Shown here: positions 11,431-24,200 of the stretch, piece after piece
Position numbering within the stretch: position 1 is the stretch's first letter
Layout: each line of letters begins with the position of its first letter
NCBI GenBank assembly: GCA_002189035.1
Contig: NEEC01000030.1
Location: 62,001-126,000, forward strand
From: Utricularia gibba
Lineage: Eukaryota; Plantae; Magnoliophyta
DNA: 64,000 bases
Direction of reading: 5' to 3'
Position numbers and translations under genes: made by a program
Notes under the pieces: model-generated
Seen by the model: only the letters and a program-made list of their open reading frames with translations
Told to the model about the DNA's origin: nothing
Database searches by the model: none

Positions 11431-12314
11431 TCCCAACGATTCTGTATCCACTTTCTACCTTTTGCAACAAATCAAACTGAAGAAATAAAAAAAAAAGGTG
11501 ACCGAAATGATATTCTCTAAGTCGCACAAACAATCCGGAAGCTGCAAGGCAAATTAAGGACCAGGATTCACGTGCAGAAAGATTAGAGGCGATAGATACT
11601 TGTAAAACCATTCCCTTAAGAAATCTATTTAACACTCACGAATGCTCCACACTATCCACCAAGAACAATGTCTGGTTTTCATCTGAAATCAAGATAAGAG
11701 AGAACCAACTCACAGGCGTCCCGAAGAGTTACTACTTTTAAGACGTACTAATTTGCGCTCGCAGCGGACCTTCTCCTCAGCCGAAAAAGCGCGGAGAAAG
11801 GAATCTTCTTCAAGAAGTCCGATTAGAGGATTTCAGTGAGGAAACGGATTTGGGCCAATCCAGCGATGCTCAGCCCAATATGGAGGCCGCAGTTGTAAGA
11901 TAAAACTCAACTTTGGTCAATTTAGGAACATATCAAGTTTGCAAGGGTCAAACCGAAATACAGTAAAGGGATAAATTCAAACATTTATTATTTTTGGGTC
12001 CAAATTGGAATTAGTTTCGGCAAGCAAATCCGGAACCTATTTGGTACGTGGGTTTGTGCGTGGGTTGAATTTAATTTATTTAAATGGGATAAGTGGATTT
12101 AAGATGCAAGAGTATACATAAAAAATAGTAAATTAATAAATAAATAATGTCTTTACAAAAAAAAATGGGTTAATTTTAAAAAAATGATTGTAATGTTATT
12201 TTGTTTTGAAACATGCATCATAATGTATAAAATGAGTTATATTAAATCATAATAATTTTTATCAATATCAAAGTTCGAAAATGGAATTTGTAATCGTAGA
12301 TCATGAGAAGTTAC

Positions 12315-13854
12315 TATAACACCCTTAGAGCATTCAGTTTGAGTATAATGTTTTAAAAATAAGAAAATAAGAGTTACAATGTTTATACTTTTGTTGGTAA
12401 TATCGACCACACGTTAATGGAATATAGAATCATTATCAATAGCTGTTATGGTCTGCAACATCCATTGCTGGAGTTTAGCATAATACCTCTCTAATGATCA
12501 TGGTTATGTATGAAATCAATAAACGATGGGACCCACACCGGTATGGAGTTTGTTTTTATTAACCAATGGAGATGAAGCAGGTGCTAACTAATGGAAGGGC
12601 CACATGGCAACCTCAAGATAGAGGGGATGCTGACTCATGATGTCTCCTAGGTTCAGGTAAATAGAGTCACATTGGAAAAAGCTGGAGAATCATGGTTGAA
12701 GAGGAAGGAGGGTAGAGAATACAGCTAGTGAGAAGGGGGAAAGTTCTTGGTTCTAGTTGTAGGAAGGGATTACTTATGTAGGGAATAAGGTAAGTGGGAT
12801 GAGTGCTACTGTCTTTTAGAAGCATGTTTTGATGCTTCTCTGAAACATATGTGATAATTGTCTATGTGTTATTATATGTTGTTTTGGAAAGAGTTCTTCC
12901 CTGTTTTCATTAACCTGTTTTTCCTCCCTGTTCTTCATTGTGTGAAGAGTCCAGCAGGGCACGTCCTTCTGGTCTTGGTGCCTCAACTCTGTTTAGAGTC
13001 CCTAAAATTCTTCTTTCAAAACCTAAATTGTTTTCTTCCAAGGATTTGGTGTCCTTGTTGGTCAGTTTCCAAACAAGTGTTTTCTTTCGAGGTGTATAAA
13101 GTGCTCAATGTTCATTGTTTATGTGCTATGTGTATATATGTTAGGAAATGGAGAGGAGTGTGGACCCACATTCCTAGCAACATGGTTTTAACCATGGGAT
13201 TCATGGCTAAATATATCATACATGTCTGAGGTATCCCTATGGGATAAGCCAATCAAGAAAGACCAGGGACATGTTTTATGCATGCTATGGTCTAAGTTTA
13301 GAGGTGGTGTTCGGTTGGTGGCTCTTCTGAACACTACTAAAGGACTTAGGCATCACCTCCAAATCTTAGGAAAAGGGTCATGTATTGCCTAAGCCGAAGG
13401 GTCAAGGCGATTGGGCAAAGATAGACAATGGGACTCACTACTTGGATATGTGCTTGACTTTGAGTCTTTATGCTCAAACACTTTTTCTTCACTTCATTCA
13501 TGTTTATGTTTTACCAAACTTCAGTAGCATGACCACTCTATGTTTTAACTTGTTCCAGGTGTAGAGGGGAATGGCAGAAGGTTTGGTGATTAACCAAAGT
13601 AGGAGTTTAGCTGTAGAAGTTGTGGTAGATCAAGAATAGCTTTTGGAACCTTAACTACGTTGTGAGGAATATGCTTAGTAGGTTGGACATAGTTCCTTTT
13701 GCATGTTTGAACGGTTGTGAGTTAGTGTACATGTAGCCATCTTAACGTTATTTCTCCATGTTACAAAGGGGTTAAGTCGCCTTGAGTCCCAACGTTTGAT
13801 AGGACTTGGCAGTCATGCCTCATGCCTCTTGGGCCCTGGGCATGGGTCCTGACA
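12315..13854. mobile_element. Putative ~1.5 kb gypsy (Tekay/Del-like) solo LTR
   Basis: Ends TATAACACCCT... and ...GGGTCCTGACA resemble TGTAACACCC/GGGTCGTGACA-type termini. Flanks GTTAC and ATAAC match only 3/5, so the TSD is not confirmed. No coding capacity. Confidence 0.4.
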
Positions 13855-14176
13855 ATAACAAGCTAACATCTTTCATTGGATAAATGTGACTCAAAAATGA
13901 CGTTTGAAAATAGGATAACATTATGAATATTTCTTGGCTATTTCTAAAAATGACTCAAAAAACCATTACATAGCACTAAAAGATAAGTTTTAAAATGACT
14001 TTGCATCAAGGTTACATCTTACTAATATTCGCTTCTATGTGTGTATGTAAACCTTAAGAATTGTCTCGTTTTCATAAGTTTTAGAGATATTATTATAACG
14101 TAGTACAATTCAATAACCTATGTTTTCTCCATATTTGATCATCACCCCTACACCTTACCCTTAAAGAAAAATTAGA

Positions 14177-15650
14177 TCAAATGTATCTTGTCAACAATAT
14201 TTGATAGAATCTTTTCCTTAGGTATTTGTAGAGAGTTTTCGTGTTCATCCGCTTGACATTTATGTTTTCCAGAATGCGATGCAATCTTGCAAATTCTTGT
14301 TGCATAGCTCTCAAAGAGAGTTTCTCATCCATTGAGTTATCTTTTTCATGCTCACTTATTGAATTTGACATTGTAAACAGAAGAAAGAAAAGAGAATAAA
14401 GTGAAAGAACAAAGAAACACACACAAGGTTTACCACTCAATCCCCAAGCTTCAAGTCTTTGATGCACTCCATAAGGTAGATGTTGACTCGAATAGTTGAG
14501 CTGCTTTAATGGAAATAATTCAGGCCAATTGTTGATTCCAATAGTGTTGAGTAGAGCCTTGACACTTGTTTCAACTATCTTGCTCTTACTTCTTTTAATT
14601 GGTTTCGGTGGAATGATCTTTGTCTTTAATGTGTTCACTTGGACATCATACTCATCATTCTTTAAATACTCTTCGTTAGTTTCCTGGGGCTCATCAAGAA
14701 GGATGACACACTAGATGAAAAGTTCACTTTTCATCAAGAATTTTTAATAGTACATCGTGATTTGGAAAATATCAACATCAGCTTTGCTGACCACGAATAT
14801 TCTTTACGAAATTTTTGAAGACCCAATACGTACTGAAAAATCATGCTTTTGGAAGGTGTTGTGGTGTGCAAATGCCTCAACGCAACAATATTTGATATGA
14901 CTATCTAATCTATAGAGATTAGCAACCCACGAACAAAATATGATTTTAAAGTCTGGAAAGAAATTCACCCAAATCTACCTTCAAGAGAATAAATCTCTTG
15001 GCACCATACTTTGAAAGATAGGGAATTAGGAGTTACACGTTACAAGGAGCAGTTATTGGAAGTGATAATCCCAATACACGGCAACCTAAAAGCTTGATAA
15101 CTAAAAAGTGTTAAAGTACTCAAATAATAGGAAAATCTTTAGAAGATACATGTAAAAAACTAATGGTCTTTCAAATAAAACATGTCAAGAGTATTTACTC
15201 TCAAATTAGGCTCCAACATTACAAAGCCCCAACTAAATAAAACAGGAAAGCTTAACAAATCCAATAATATTGAGTAGAGCGTCGAGTTTAGCTTCACCCA
15301 CCTTGCTCGTGGAATAATTTTTGTGTTTAATGTGTTCACTTGCGCAATATCGTCATTATTCTTTAAATATTCTTCATTATCTTGTTGGAGCTCATTATCC
15401 CCCGTTCTTTGGGAAGATTCGTCCCTGAATCTTTATCCATTTCGAAGGGAGACAAATCAGCAACATTGAAAGTTGAATGAACAGAATACTCAACACGGAA
15501 ATCTAGTTTGTATGCATTATCATTCACGAGTTCAATAACTTGGAAAGCGACATCTCAATGAGGTAGAAGTTTTGACTTCCTATTGGTAGGAAATCTCTAC
15601 TTTGTGAGATGAAGCCAAACCAAATCACCAGCTTGAAATACGACTTTATT
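14177..15650 (-). mobile_element. CRM family B remnants: two LTR-derived pieces, PPT, integrase tail and gag start
   Basis: Similar to LTR 25743-26326 (TGATGAGCCCC...). PPT AAAGAACGGGGGA near 15397-15409. Gag-start peptide SLRAMQQEFARLHRILENINV is also seen at 24736-25008. Confidence 0.75.
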
Positions 15651-15651
15651 G

Positions 15652-15829
15652 ATGCAAGAAAGACATAATCTTGGGAAGGAATAGAAAGATAATTCTTAGA
15701 AGATCACGTTGAATGAGGAAGGACCAACAACTCCAACCCAACACTTTTTATAAGTGAAACATGACTTCATGACACAAGGGTTGTGCGTCCAATCACCTTG
15801 AAGCTTTGGATTGAGGCTAATCTCAAACA
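15652..15829. mobile_element. Degenerate, internally deleted LTR of the resident copia family
   Basis: Both ends (tgcaagaaa..tcttgggaag..gatcac and ccaatcaccttgaagctttggattgaggctaatctcaaaca) match LTR 27149-27473. Confidence 0.75.
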
Positions 15830-16249
15830 CTTCCTGATGAGATCATGCATGCTATAGATTATCCCAATTAAGATAAATGACACAAGATCAATAATCCTCC
15901 ATTGATTTCAGTTGGGCCAATCACTAGATCAAGAGCAAGAAGGAATCAAGAAGTGCTTAAGAGCTTATGGGCCAATCAACCAAGCTATGTGGTGTTGGGC
16001 ATGGAATTCAACATTCTTAAAGTGCATCAACTTGATTAGAGAAGGCCCATTATTACCAAATACATTATTATTACTACTTTTCCTCAAATAAAGCCCAACC
16101 TTCATCTATTTAAGAAGTCCTTACTCTTAAGTTTGAGTTGCAAAGATCTTTCAATCTTTGAGGGCCAACTTCTTATTTCTTGAGGAATTGCTTCTTTTCA
16201 ACCAAGATATGGTTTGCCAATAACTTCTTGATTGGAGGGTCGTATCAGG

Positions 16250-16261
16250 TGGTATCAAAGC
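16250..16261 (+). promoter_or_regulatory. Primer binding site for initiator tRNA-Met (CRM-A)
   Basis: TGGTATCAAAGC, 1 mismatch to TGGTATCAGAGC, 2 nt after the LTR-terminal CA. Confidence 0.85.
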
Positions 16262-17152
16262 CAATCTTTCTCTTCTTCATCTCCTATTTATCTTGTTTTG
16301 GTTTCGTTCTCAGAAAAAAAAAAAAAAAACCAGAAACTAGTCCAGATCTATCTTGATTTGGTTATCTTGTCTTTTGCTCATCTCTGCCTCTGAAAAGAAG
16401 AACCAAGGGGGGTTTCTTATCTTTGTTTCTTCCACCCTTTTTTTCTGGATTGCTGCAAAAAGAAAAAAAAAACGTGTTGAAGGGAGAAAGAAGGTTAGCA
16501 GTTGAATTTTCAACTTTTCACACACAAGAAAAGTCAAAAAAAGAAGTTAGTCATTTGAATCCATTGAATCTTTTCTTTACCAAACAAAAGAAAAGTCAAT
16601 ATTGTACAACTTTGTCTATTGTCATACTTCTATTCCATTTTAACTCTTTTCAATTGTGTACCTACCTCTTTTGGTGTTAATCACAAAAAGTTACACTCTA
16701 TCTTTCCATTCCTACTTTTACTTAACCATTATTACTATTACCATCACCAAGTCTATCTTTCCACTCATTACCGTAGCCACTATGATCTCTTTGAACCACA
16801 CTTAGATTGATCATTTAAGGTTTACTGAGTCTTAAAGTTCAACAGGACTTGAGGTTTGGAAATTCTCTCTTTCTTGTTTTCCTTCTATCTTTCTGTTGTT
16901 ATTATCTTTCCTTCTTTTTGTCTACACTTTTCTCTCGTAGTAGGATGTCGAGCTCTAATAACCCTGCAGAAGAATAAAATGTTATGGATGTTGGTTTTGT
17001 ACTTAATGCAATGCAAAGTGAGTTCAAGAGATTGCAAAGATGCATAGAAGAGGACAGTGTTTCCCATGGAAGAATAAGAGTTCCAACACACCATAGCCGA
17101 AAGAATTCTCAACTAGAAAAAGATTCGAAATCTGAGGCTGAATAGGCAAGGC

Positions 17153-18355
17153 ATGGTGAAGTATGATTCATCTGGTGGTGATGATATGGACCGAAAATCT
17201 CAAAGAAATTGGAAGCCAAATCGTGATGTAAGATATGATTATAGACCAAGGGGTAGACACACACGTGAATACAAGGAATTTGATAACATCAAGATGAAAA
17301 TCCCTTCTTTTCAAGGGAAAAACGATCCAAATGCCTACTTGGAATGGGAGACTCGTGTGGAGCATGTGTTTGATTGTCACAACTATTCTGAAGTCAAGAA
17401 GATCAAGCTTGCTGTTATTGAGTTTACAGATTATGCCATAACTTGGTGGGATAAAGTAGTATTCAACAGAAGACGAAATGATGAAGAACCAATTCGCACT
17501 TGGGCTGAAATGAAGAGGATCATGAGAAAAAGGTTCATTACCAGCCACTACCAAAGAGATCAACACCAAAACTTGCAGAAGCTCACCCAAGGGAGCAAAA
17601 CCGTGGAAGAATATTGGCAAGAAATAGAGGTGTTAATGATTCGAGCCAATATAATAGAGAATAGGGAAGCTACAATGGCAAGATTCCTCTATGGTTTAAA
17701 CAAGAAAATCTCTCAAGTGGTCGAGCTGCAACACTATGTGGAGATTGAAGACATGTTGCATGTTGCAATAAAGATTGAGAAGCAACTAAAGTGTAAGGGA
17801 CAACATAGAGACCATCCAAAACCTACTACCTCGTGGAATGTTGCTGGAAGTAAGGAGAAGAAACCCAATTATCCTTCATTTGGGAAATCAACCAAGTTTG
17901 GACCGATGAAAGAGGGCACTGCAGATATCCGAAATCAGGAAAGAGAATTTAAGTCCTCTGGACAAACACGAAATATAAAGTGTTTCAAATGTCTTGGCCA
18001 TGGTCATATTGCTTCAGAATGCCCAAGCAAGAGGACCATGATTCTAAGGGACTCTGGAGATGTTGAATCTGAAATTGATTGTGAAAGTAGAAGTGAAGTA
18101 CAGGAGATAGATGATGGGGAACAACAACCTGTCATTGGTGAATGTTTGGTAACAAGAAGGACTTTAACCATGGATGCTAAGCCAATGGAGGAGCAACGAA
18201 AAAACTTATTCCATACACGTTGCTTTGTGAATGGGAAAGTTTGTAGCCTAATAATTGGAGGCAGTTGCACAAACGTTGCTAGTACTCTCATGGTGGATAA
18301 ACTCCATCTTCCTACTCTTAAACATCTAAAAAAGAGAGTGAAAAGAAAGACGTGA
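17153..18355 (+). pseudogene. CRM-A gag, zinc knuckle and truncated aspartic protease
   Basis: KMKIPSFQGKNDPNAYLEWE, CFKCLGHGHIASEC, CSLIIGGSCTN (catalytic D lost). An internal deletion follows. Confidence 0.88.
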
Positions 18356-18678
18356 ATGATGCAGTTGTGAGAAAAAAAGAAGTGGAATGCCTTGTTGCAA
18401 GAATGAGTGATGTGAAAAGAGTGTTACATGCCAGAAATCCCTTTCTTTTGCTCTTGTTTAAAGAGCCTTTGTCACACAACTCTAACCCACAATTGGATCT
18501 TCCTACTTGCATTAAACTTGTTCTCTAGGAATTCAATAATGTTTTTCCTGATGAATTGCCTGGATTACAACCATACCGAGGAATAGAATATCAAATTGAT
18601 TTCGTTCCTGGTGCTCAAATCCCAAACTGAGTTGCGTATAGAGCCAACCCTGAAGAAACCAAAGAAATCCAACGCCAA

Positions 18679-20946
18679 GTGGAAGAACTCATGGCTAAGG
18701 GGTTGGTGAGGGAGAGTGTTAGTCCATGCTTAGTTCCAGTTTTATTGGTGCCAAAACATAATGGAACATGGAGAATGTGCACTGATTGTAGAGCCATCAA
18801 CCAAATAACGGTTAAGTACAGTCAACCTATACCTAGGCTTGATGATATGTTAGATAAATTACATGTATCATACATTTTCTCTAAGATTGATTTCCGTAGT
18901 GGATATCATCAAATTAGGATGAGAAAGGGGGATGAATGGAAGGGTGCTTTCAAAACTAAATTTGGTTTATATGAATGGTTAGTTATGCCTTTTAGATTGA
19001 CTAATGCACCTAGTACTTTCATGAGATTGATGAATCATTTATTGCATCCCTTTCTTGGTAGATTTGTTGTTATTTACTTTGATGATATTCTTGTGTATAG
19101 TAAGACACTAGATGAACATACATGTCTATTACGTGAGGTGTTGGTTGTTTTGAGAAAAGAGTGTTTGTATGCTAATATCAAAAAGTGCGACTTTTGCACA
19201 AACAAAATCTCCTTTCTTGGCTATATTGTAAGTGATGTAGGTATTTTAGTAGATGAAGAAAAGGTGAAAGCAATTAGAGAATGGCCATCTCCTACCACAA
19301 TTGGAGAAGTGTGCAGTTTCCATGGATTGGCTACCTTCTACCGTCATTTTGTAAAGGATTTCATCACAATTGCTGCACCATTGAACGAGGTTATGAAGAA
19401 AAATGTGCATTTTTGGTGGGGAGAATCACAAGAACATGCTTTCAAGACACTTAAGGATAAGTTTAGCTCAGCTCCTTTACTTGCATTACCTGATTTCTCT
19501 AACACGTTTGAAATTGAATGTGATGCTTCTGGAGTTGGAATAGGTGCTGCTCTCATGCAAGGAGGTCGACCTATTGCCTATTTCAGTGAAAAATTGGGTG
19601 GAGCTACACTAAATTACCCAACTTATGATAAGGAGTTGTACTCATTGGTTAGAGCACTTGAAACTTGGAAACATTATCTTTGGTACAAAGAGTTTGTTAT
19701 CCATACAGATCACGAAAGTTTAAAGCATGTCAAGAGTCAAAAAAATCTCAATATAAGACACGCAAAATGGGTGGAGTTCATTGATACCTTTCCTTATGTT
19801 ATCAAATATAAGAAAGGTAAGGAGAACATTGTTGCAGATACATTGTCATGAAGGTACACACTTTTAGCCACTCTTGATGCTCAAATTCTTGGATTGTCAA
19901 CAATAAAAGAATGTTACAGTGTTGATCATGATTTTAAAAATATTTATCTTTCATGTGAACATAAACCTGTTGAAAACTTTCATAGGCAAGATGATTTTCT
20001 TTTCAAAAAGAACAGATTATGTATTCCTCAATGTTCAATTCGTGTGTTTTTAGTGAAAGAAGCTCATGGTGGTGGTCTAATGGGGCATTTTGGGGTCACC
20101 AAGACATTGGACATGCTTCAATAACACTTCTATTGGCCACACATGAGAAAAGATGTGGAAAGAATTTGTGGAAGATGTTTGGTGTGCAAGAAAGCAAAAT
20201 CAAAATCAATTTCTCAAGGATTGTACACTCCTCTTCCTACTCCTCTTTACCCTTGGATTGACCTTTCTATGGATTTTGTTTTAGGATTACCAAGGACTCA
20301 AAAGGGAAAGGATTCAATATTTGTGGTGGTGGACAGATTCTCCAAGATGGCACATTTCATTCTTTGTAGCAAGACTGATGATGCTTCGCATGTTGCCGAT
20401 TTATTCTTCAGGGAGATTGTTAGGCTTCATGGTTTGCTACCCTACTTCGTACCATCATCAAAAATAACATTAAAACATGGGAAGATTGCTTATCTAATGT
20501 TGAGTTTGCATACAATAGAGCAGTACTTTCTTCTACTCATTGTTCTCCTTTTGAAATTGTGTATGGTTTTAATCCTCGTACACCTATAGACTTGTTGCCC
20601 TTGCCATCTGATGAATTTTGTAGTTTTGATGGTGCTAAGAGAGCAGATGTCACCAGAACACTACATGAGAAGGTTCGAAATCAATTGGAAGCCAAAAACA
20701 TGGAGTATGCATTTAAAGCAACTAAATATAGGGAAAAAGTTACTCTACAACCATGAGATTGGGTTTGGGTACATTTTCGAAAGGAAAGATTTCCAAGCAA
20801 GAGGCATTCAAAGCTTTCACCTAGAGGAGATGGACCCGTTCAAGTCATTGAGAAAATCAATGATAATGCTTATAAGATTGATCTTCCAGAGGAGTTTTCG
20901 GTGCACTCCACGTTCAATATTGGTGACTTGGGTCCTTGTGATGTAG
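18679..20946 (+). pseudogene. CRM-A reverse transcriptase/RNase H (18679-19851) and fragmented integrase
   Basis: [67 protein letters not shown]. Stops and frameshifts occur in the integrase. Confidence 0.9.
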
Positions 20947-21222
20947 ATGGTGATGATTCAAGGATGAATCTGCTAAAAGAAAGGGGGAATGATGAGATCA
21001 TGGATGCTATAGATTATATCAATGAAGATAAAGTACACAAGATCAATAATGCTCCATTAATTTCAGTTGAGTCAATCACTAGATCAAGAGCAAGATGGAA
21101 TCAAGAAGTGCTTAGGAGCATATGGGCCAATCAACCAAGCTATGAGATATTGGGCATGGAATTCAACATTCTCAAAGTGCATTATCTTGATTAGAGAATG
21201 CCCATTACTACCAAATACATTA

Positions 21223-24200
21223 TTATGATAGAAATATCCACCCATGGTTGGGAAGGAGTAGGGAGTGGAGTATTACGGGCAGTGGTTGATTTAGCCTTCC
21301 TACAAGAAATACATCTATTACAAATTCTTTCAACATCCCTTCTCATGTGTGGCCAAAAGAAATGTTGGGTGAGAGTATCAAGAGTCTTTTTAACACCAAA
21401 ATGTCCCATTAGTCGCCCACCATGAGCTTCTCTAACAATCAAATCACGTATGGAGTAAGAAGAAATGCGCAGCCTATCTTTCCTATAAAGAAAACAATCT
21501 TTCTTAAAGAAGAGTCCAGATGGATCAAGTTCACATGCCTTATAAATGTCCCCAAAATCGTGATCAGGAGCATATAAGTCAATGATGGACGCAAATCCAA
21601 GAATTCTTGCATTAAGATTGACTAAAAGAGTGTACCTTCAAAATAAAGCATCATCAACCACATTCTCCTTACATTTCTTGTATTTGATCACATATGGGAA
21701 TGTGTCAATGAATTCCACCCACTTAGCATGTCTTCTATTTAACTTTCCTTGAGCCTTCAAATGTTTGAGAGACTCATGATCAGTGTGTATCACGAACTCC
21801 TTACGCCACAAGTAGTGGTGCCATGTCTTCAAAGCTCTAACCAATGCATACAACTCTTTGTCATATGTTGGATAGTTGAGGGTGGCACCATGAAGCTTCT
21901 CACAAAAATAAGGAAGTGGACGTCCATTTTGCCTCAATACAGCACCAATGACTAAACCTGATGCATCACATTCAATTTCAAAAGTATCAGAAAAATTTGG
22001 AAGTGCTAGGAGAGGTGTTGAAAGCATGTTCCTGCTCGTCTCCCCAATGAAATGCATGATTTTTCTTGATCAATTGAGTGAGGGGTGCTGCTATAGAGCT
22101 GAAGTACTTAAAAAACCATCTATAAAAACTTGCTAAACCATGAAAACTCCTAACTTCACCAACTGATGTAGGTGTTGGCCATTCTTTGATTGCTCTCACT
22201 TTTTCTTCATACATAGCTACTCCTGCATCACTTACAATATATCTAAGAAAAGAGACACTATTTGTGTAGAAGACACACTTCTTGATGTTGGCAAATAACC
22301 TTTTCTTTTTTAAGAGTATCTAACACATCTTTTAAATGCCTTACATGATTTTCAATACTCTTACTATATATAAGAATATAATAAAAATAAACAACTACAA
22401 ATGTACCTATAAAAGGCCTAAAAACGTGATTCATCAATGTCATAAAGGTGCTAGGAGCATTAGTTAATCCAAAAGGCATAACAACCCACTCATACAAACC
22501 AAACTTAGTTTTAAAACCGGTTTTCCTCTCATCACCCTCCTTCATTCGAATCTGATGATATCTAATTCTCAAATCAATCTAACTAAAGACACTAGCACCA
22601 TACAATTCATCAAGCATATCTTCAAGTCTAGGGATAGGATGTCTATACTTGATTGTGATGTTGTTGATGGCACGACAATCTGTGCACATCCGCCAAGTTC
22701 CATCAAACTTGGGAACCAATAACACCGGCATAGAGCATGGGCTCATGCTCTCACGCACAAATCCTTTAGACATCAATTCCTCAACTTGCTTTTGTATTTC
22801 CTTCGTCTCCTTTGGATTGGTTCGGTATGCGGGTCGGTTTGGAAGTTGTGCTCCAGGAACAAGGTCAATGCTCAATCCCTCTAAGGGGAGGTAGGGCTTG
22901 AAGTTCTTCTTGAAATACATCTTCATATACCTGTAAGAGAGACACAATACAAGATGGAATGGGTGAAGCATTGTTAGGGAAAGTAGTAACTTCATCCTTG
23001 TACATAAGTAGAAGAATTGGTTGCCTAGAATGAAGTGAGTGTCCAATTTCCCTTGGTCTTGCTAATAGACTCTCATCCAATCACTCAATTTCTAAAACAC
23101 TAATGTTTCCACTTTCTGTTTTGCACTCATTGTCATCCCTTTTTTCACTCAATTCCTTCCCATCTCTTCTTTTATCTCCACTTTTTCGAATTTTTTTTTC
23201 ACTCATTTTCACTCCACTCATCTCTTCCCCCTTGTGCTTTCCATTAGCACTCTGCAGGGATCTAGCATCACTCATGATTATGAGTTGATCTTCATATGCC
23301 TCCTTTGGAGACAATGGGGCAAGTGTGATGGAACGTCTATTATAATGCAAGGAATATTTGTTCTTGAAACCATCATGAAATGCTCGTCTATCATATTCCC
23401 AAGGCCTCCCAAGAAGAATATGGATTTCATGCCTAGGGACAACATCATATAGAACTTCATCTTCATATCTCCCTATGGAAAACGTCACAAGCACTTGTTT
23501 GGTAACCACTGCAAATTGTAAGGCTTAGGGTGTCTCACGGTTGGTATTTCCAATTTCTCCACCAAGATGTTGCTGGCAACATTAGTACAACTACCTCCAT
23601 CAATAATTAGGCTGCAAACTTTCCCATTAACAAAGCACCGTGTTTGAAACAAGTTTTCCCTTTGCTCATCATTATCCTTCACTCCAATGTTAACTATTCT
23701 TCGAGTGACTAAGACTTCTCCAGAAACAGGCAATTCATACTCATCATTCAATTCAGCTTCTGTCTCCAGTAGATCATCCTCATCTTCACTAACCACTTCT
23801 CCATTGCCTCTTATAATCATTGCTCGTTTATTTGGACATTCATAAGGAATATGTCCATGCCCCAAGCATTTGAAACATTTTATGTTCCTTGTAGTGCCAT
23901 TTAGAGGTGGTAGTCGCTCCCCATGCTTGTAACTTGATGGGATGTCGAATTTCAAGTTTTCCATGGATAACTTCCCTTTATTTTTCTCCAGTAACTCTTT
24001 GGTGCCTCCAAATTTGGAACTAGGAGGTCTCTTGTTGAAATCTCGAGCAAAGCTCTTATTAGAGAGTTGTTTCTCAAATGTTGTGCCCATATGAATCATG
24101 TCCTCCATCTAAATGTAGTGATGAAGCTCTACAATATTTGTTCTCCTTATTCATCCTATGAAGGAACCTAGCCATAGTTGCCTCCCTATCTTTATGCACA

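Larger units (their letters stand above)
15835..21222 (+). mobile_element. CRM family A element: 5' LTR, PBS, gag-PR-RT-RH-INT (decayed), PPT, truncated 3' LTR
   Basis: 5' LTR 15835-16247 (TGATGAG...TATCA). PBS TGGTATCAAAGC at 16250-16261. PPT 20975-20989. The 3' LTR starts at 20990 and breaks off near 21222. The CR motif (SITRSRAR) lies inside the 3' LTR. Confidence 0.92.
10130..23356 (+). repeat. Left arm (~13.2 kb) of a giant inverted duplication
   Basis: The ORF track mirrors the right arm exactly: 17153+38781, 18679+37255, 10352+45582 and 12858+43076 all equal 55934. Spot-checked intergenic sequence and a 16-A run are identical in reverse complement. Confidence 0.96.

Noticed and set aside
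12858-13229. 123 aa hydrophobic ORF, repeated at 42705-43076
   Set aside because: It lies in a putative solo LTR, has no motif, and is repeated only because of the duplication.
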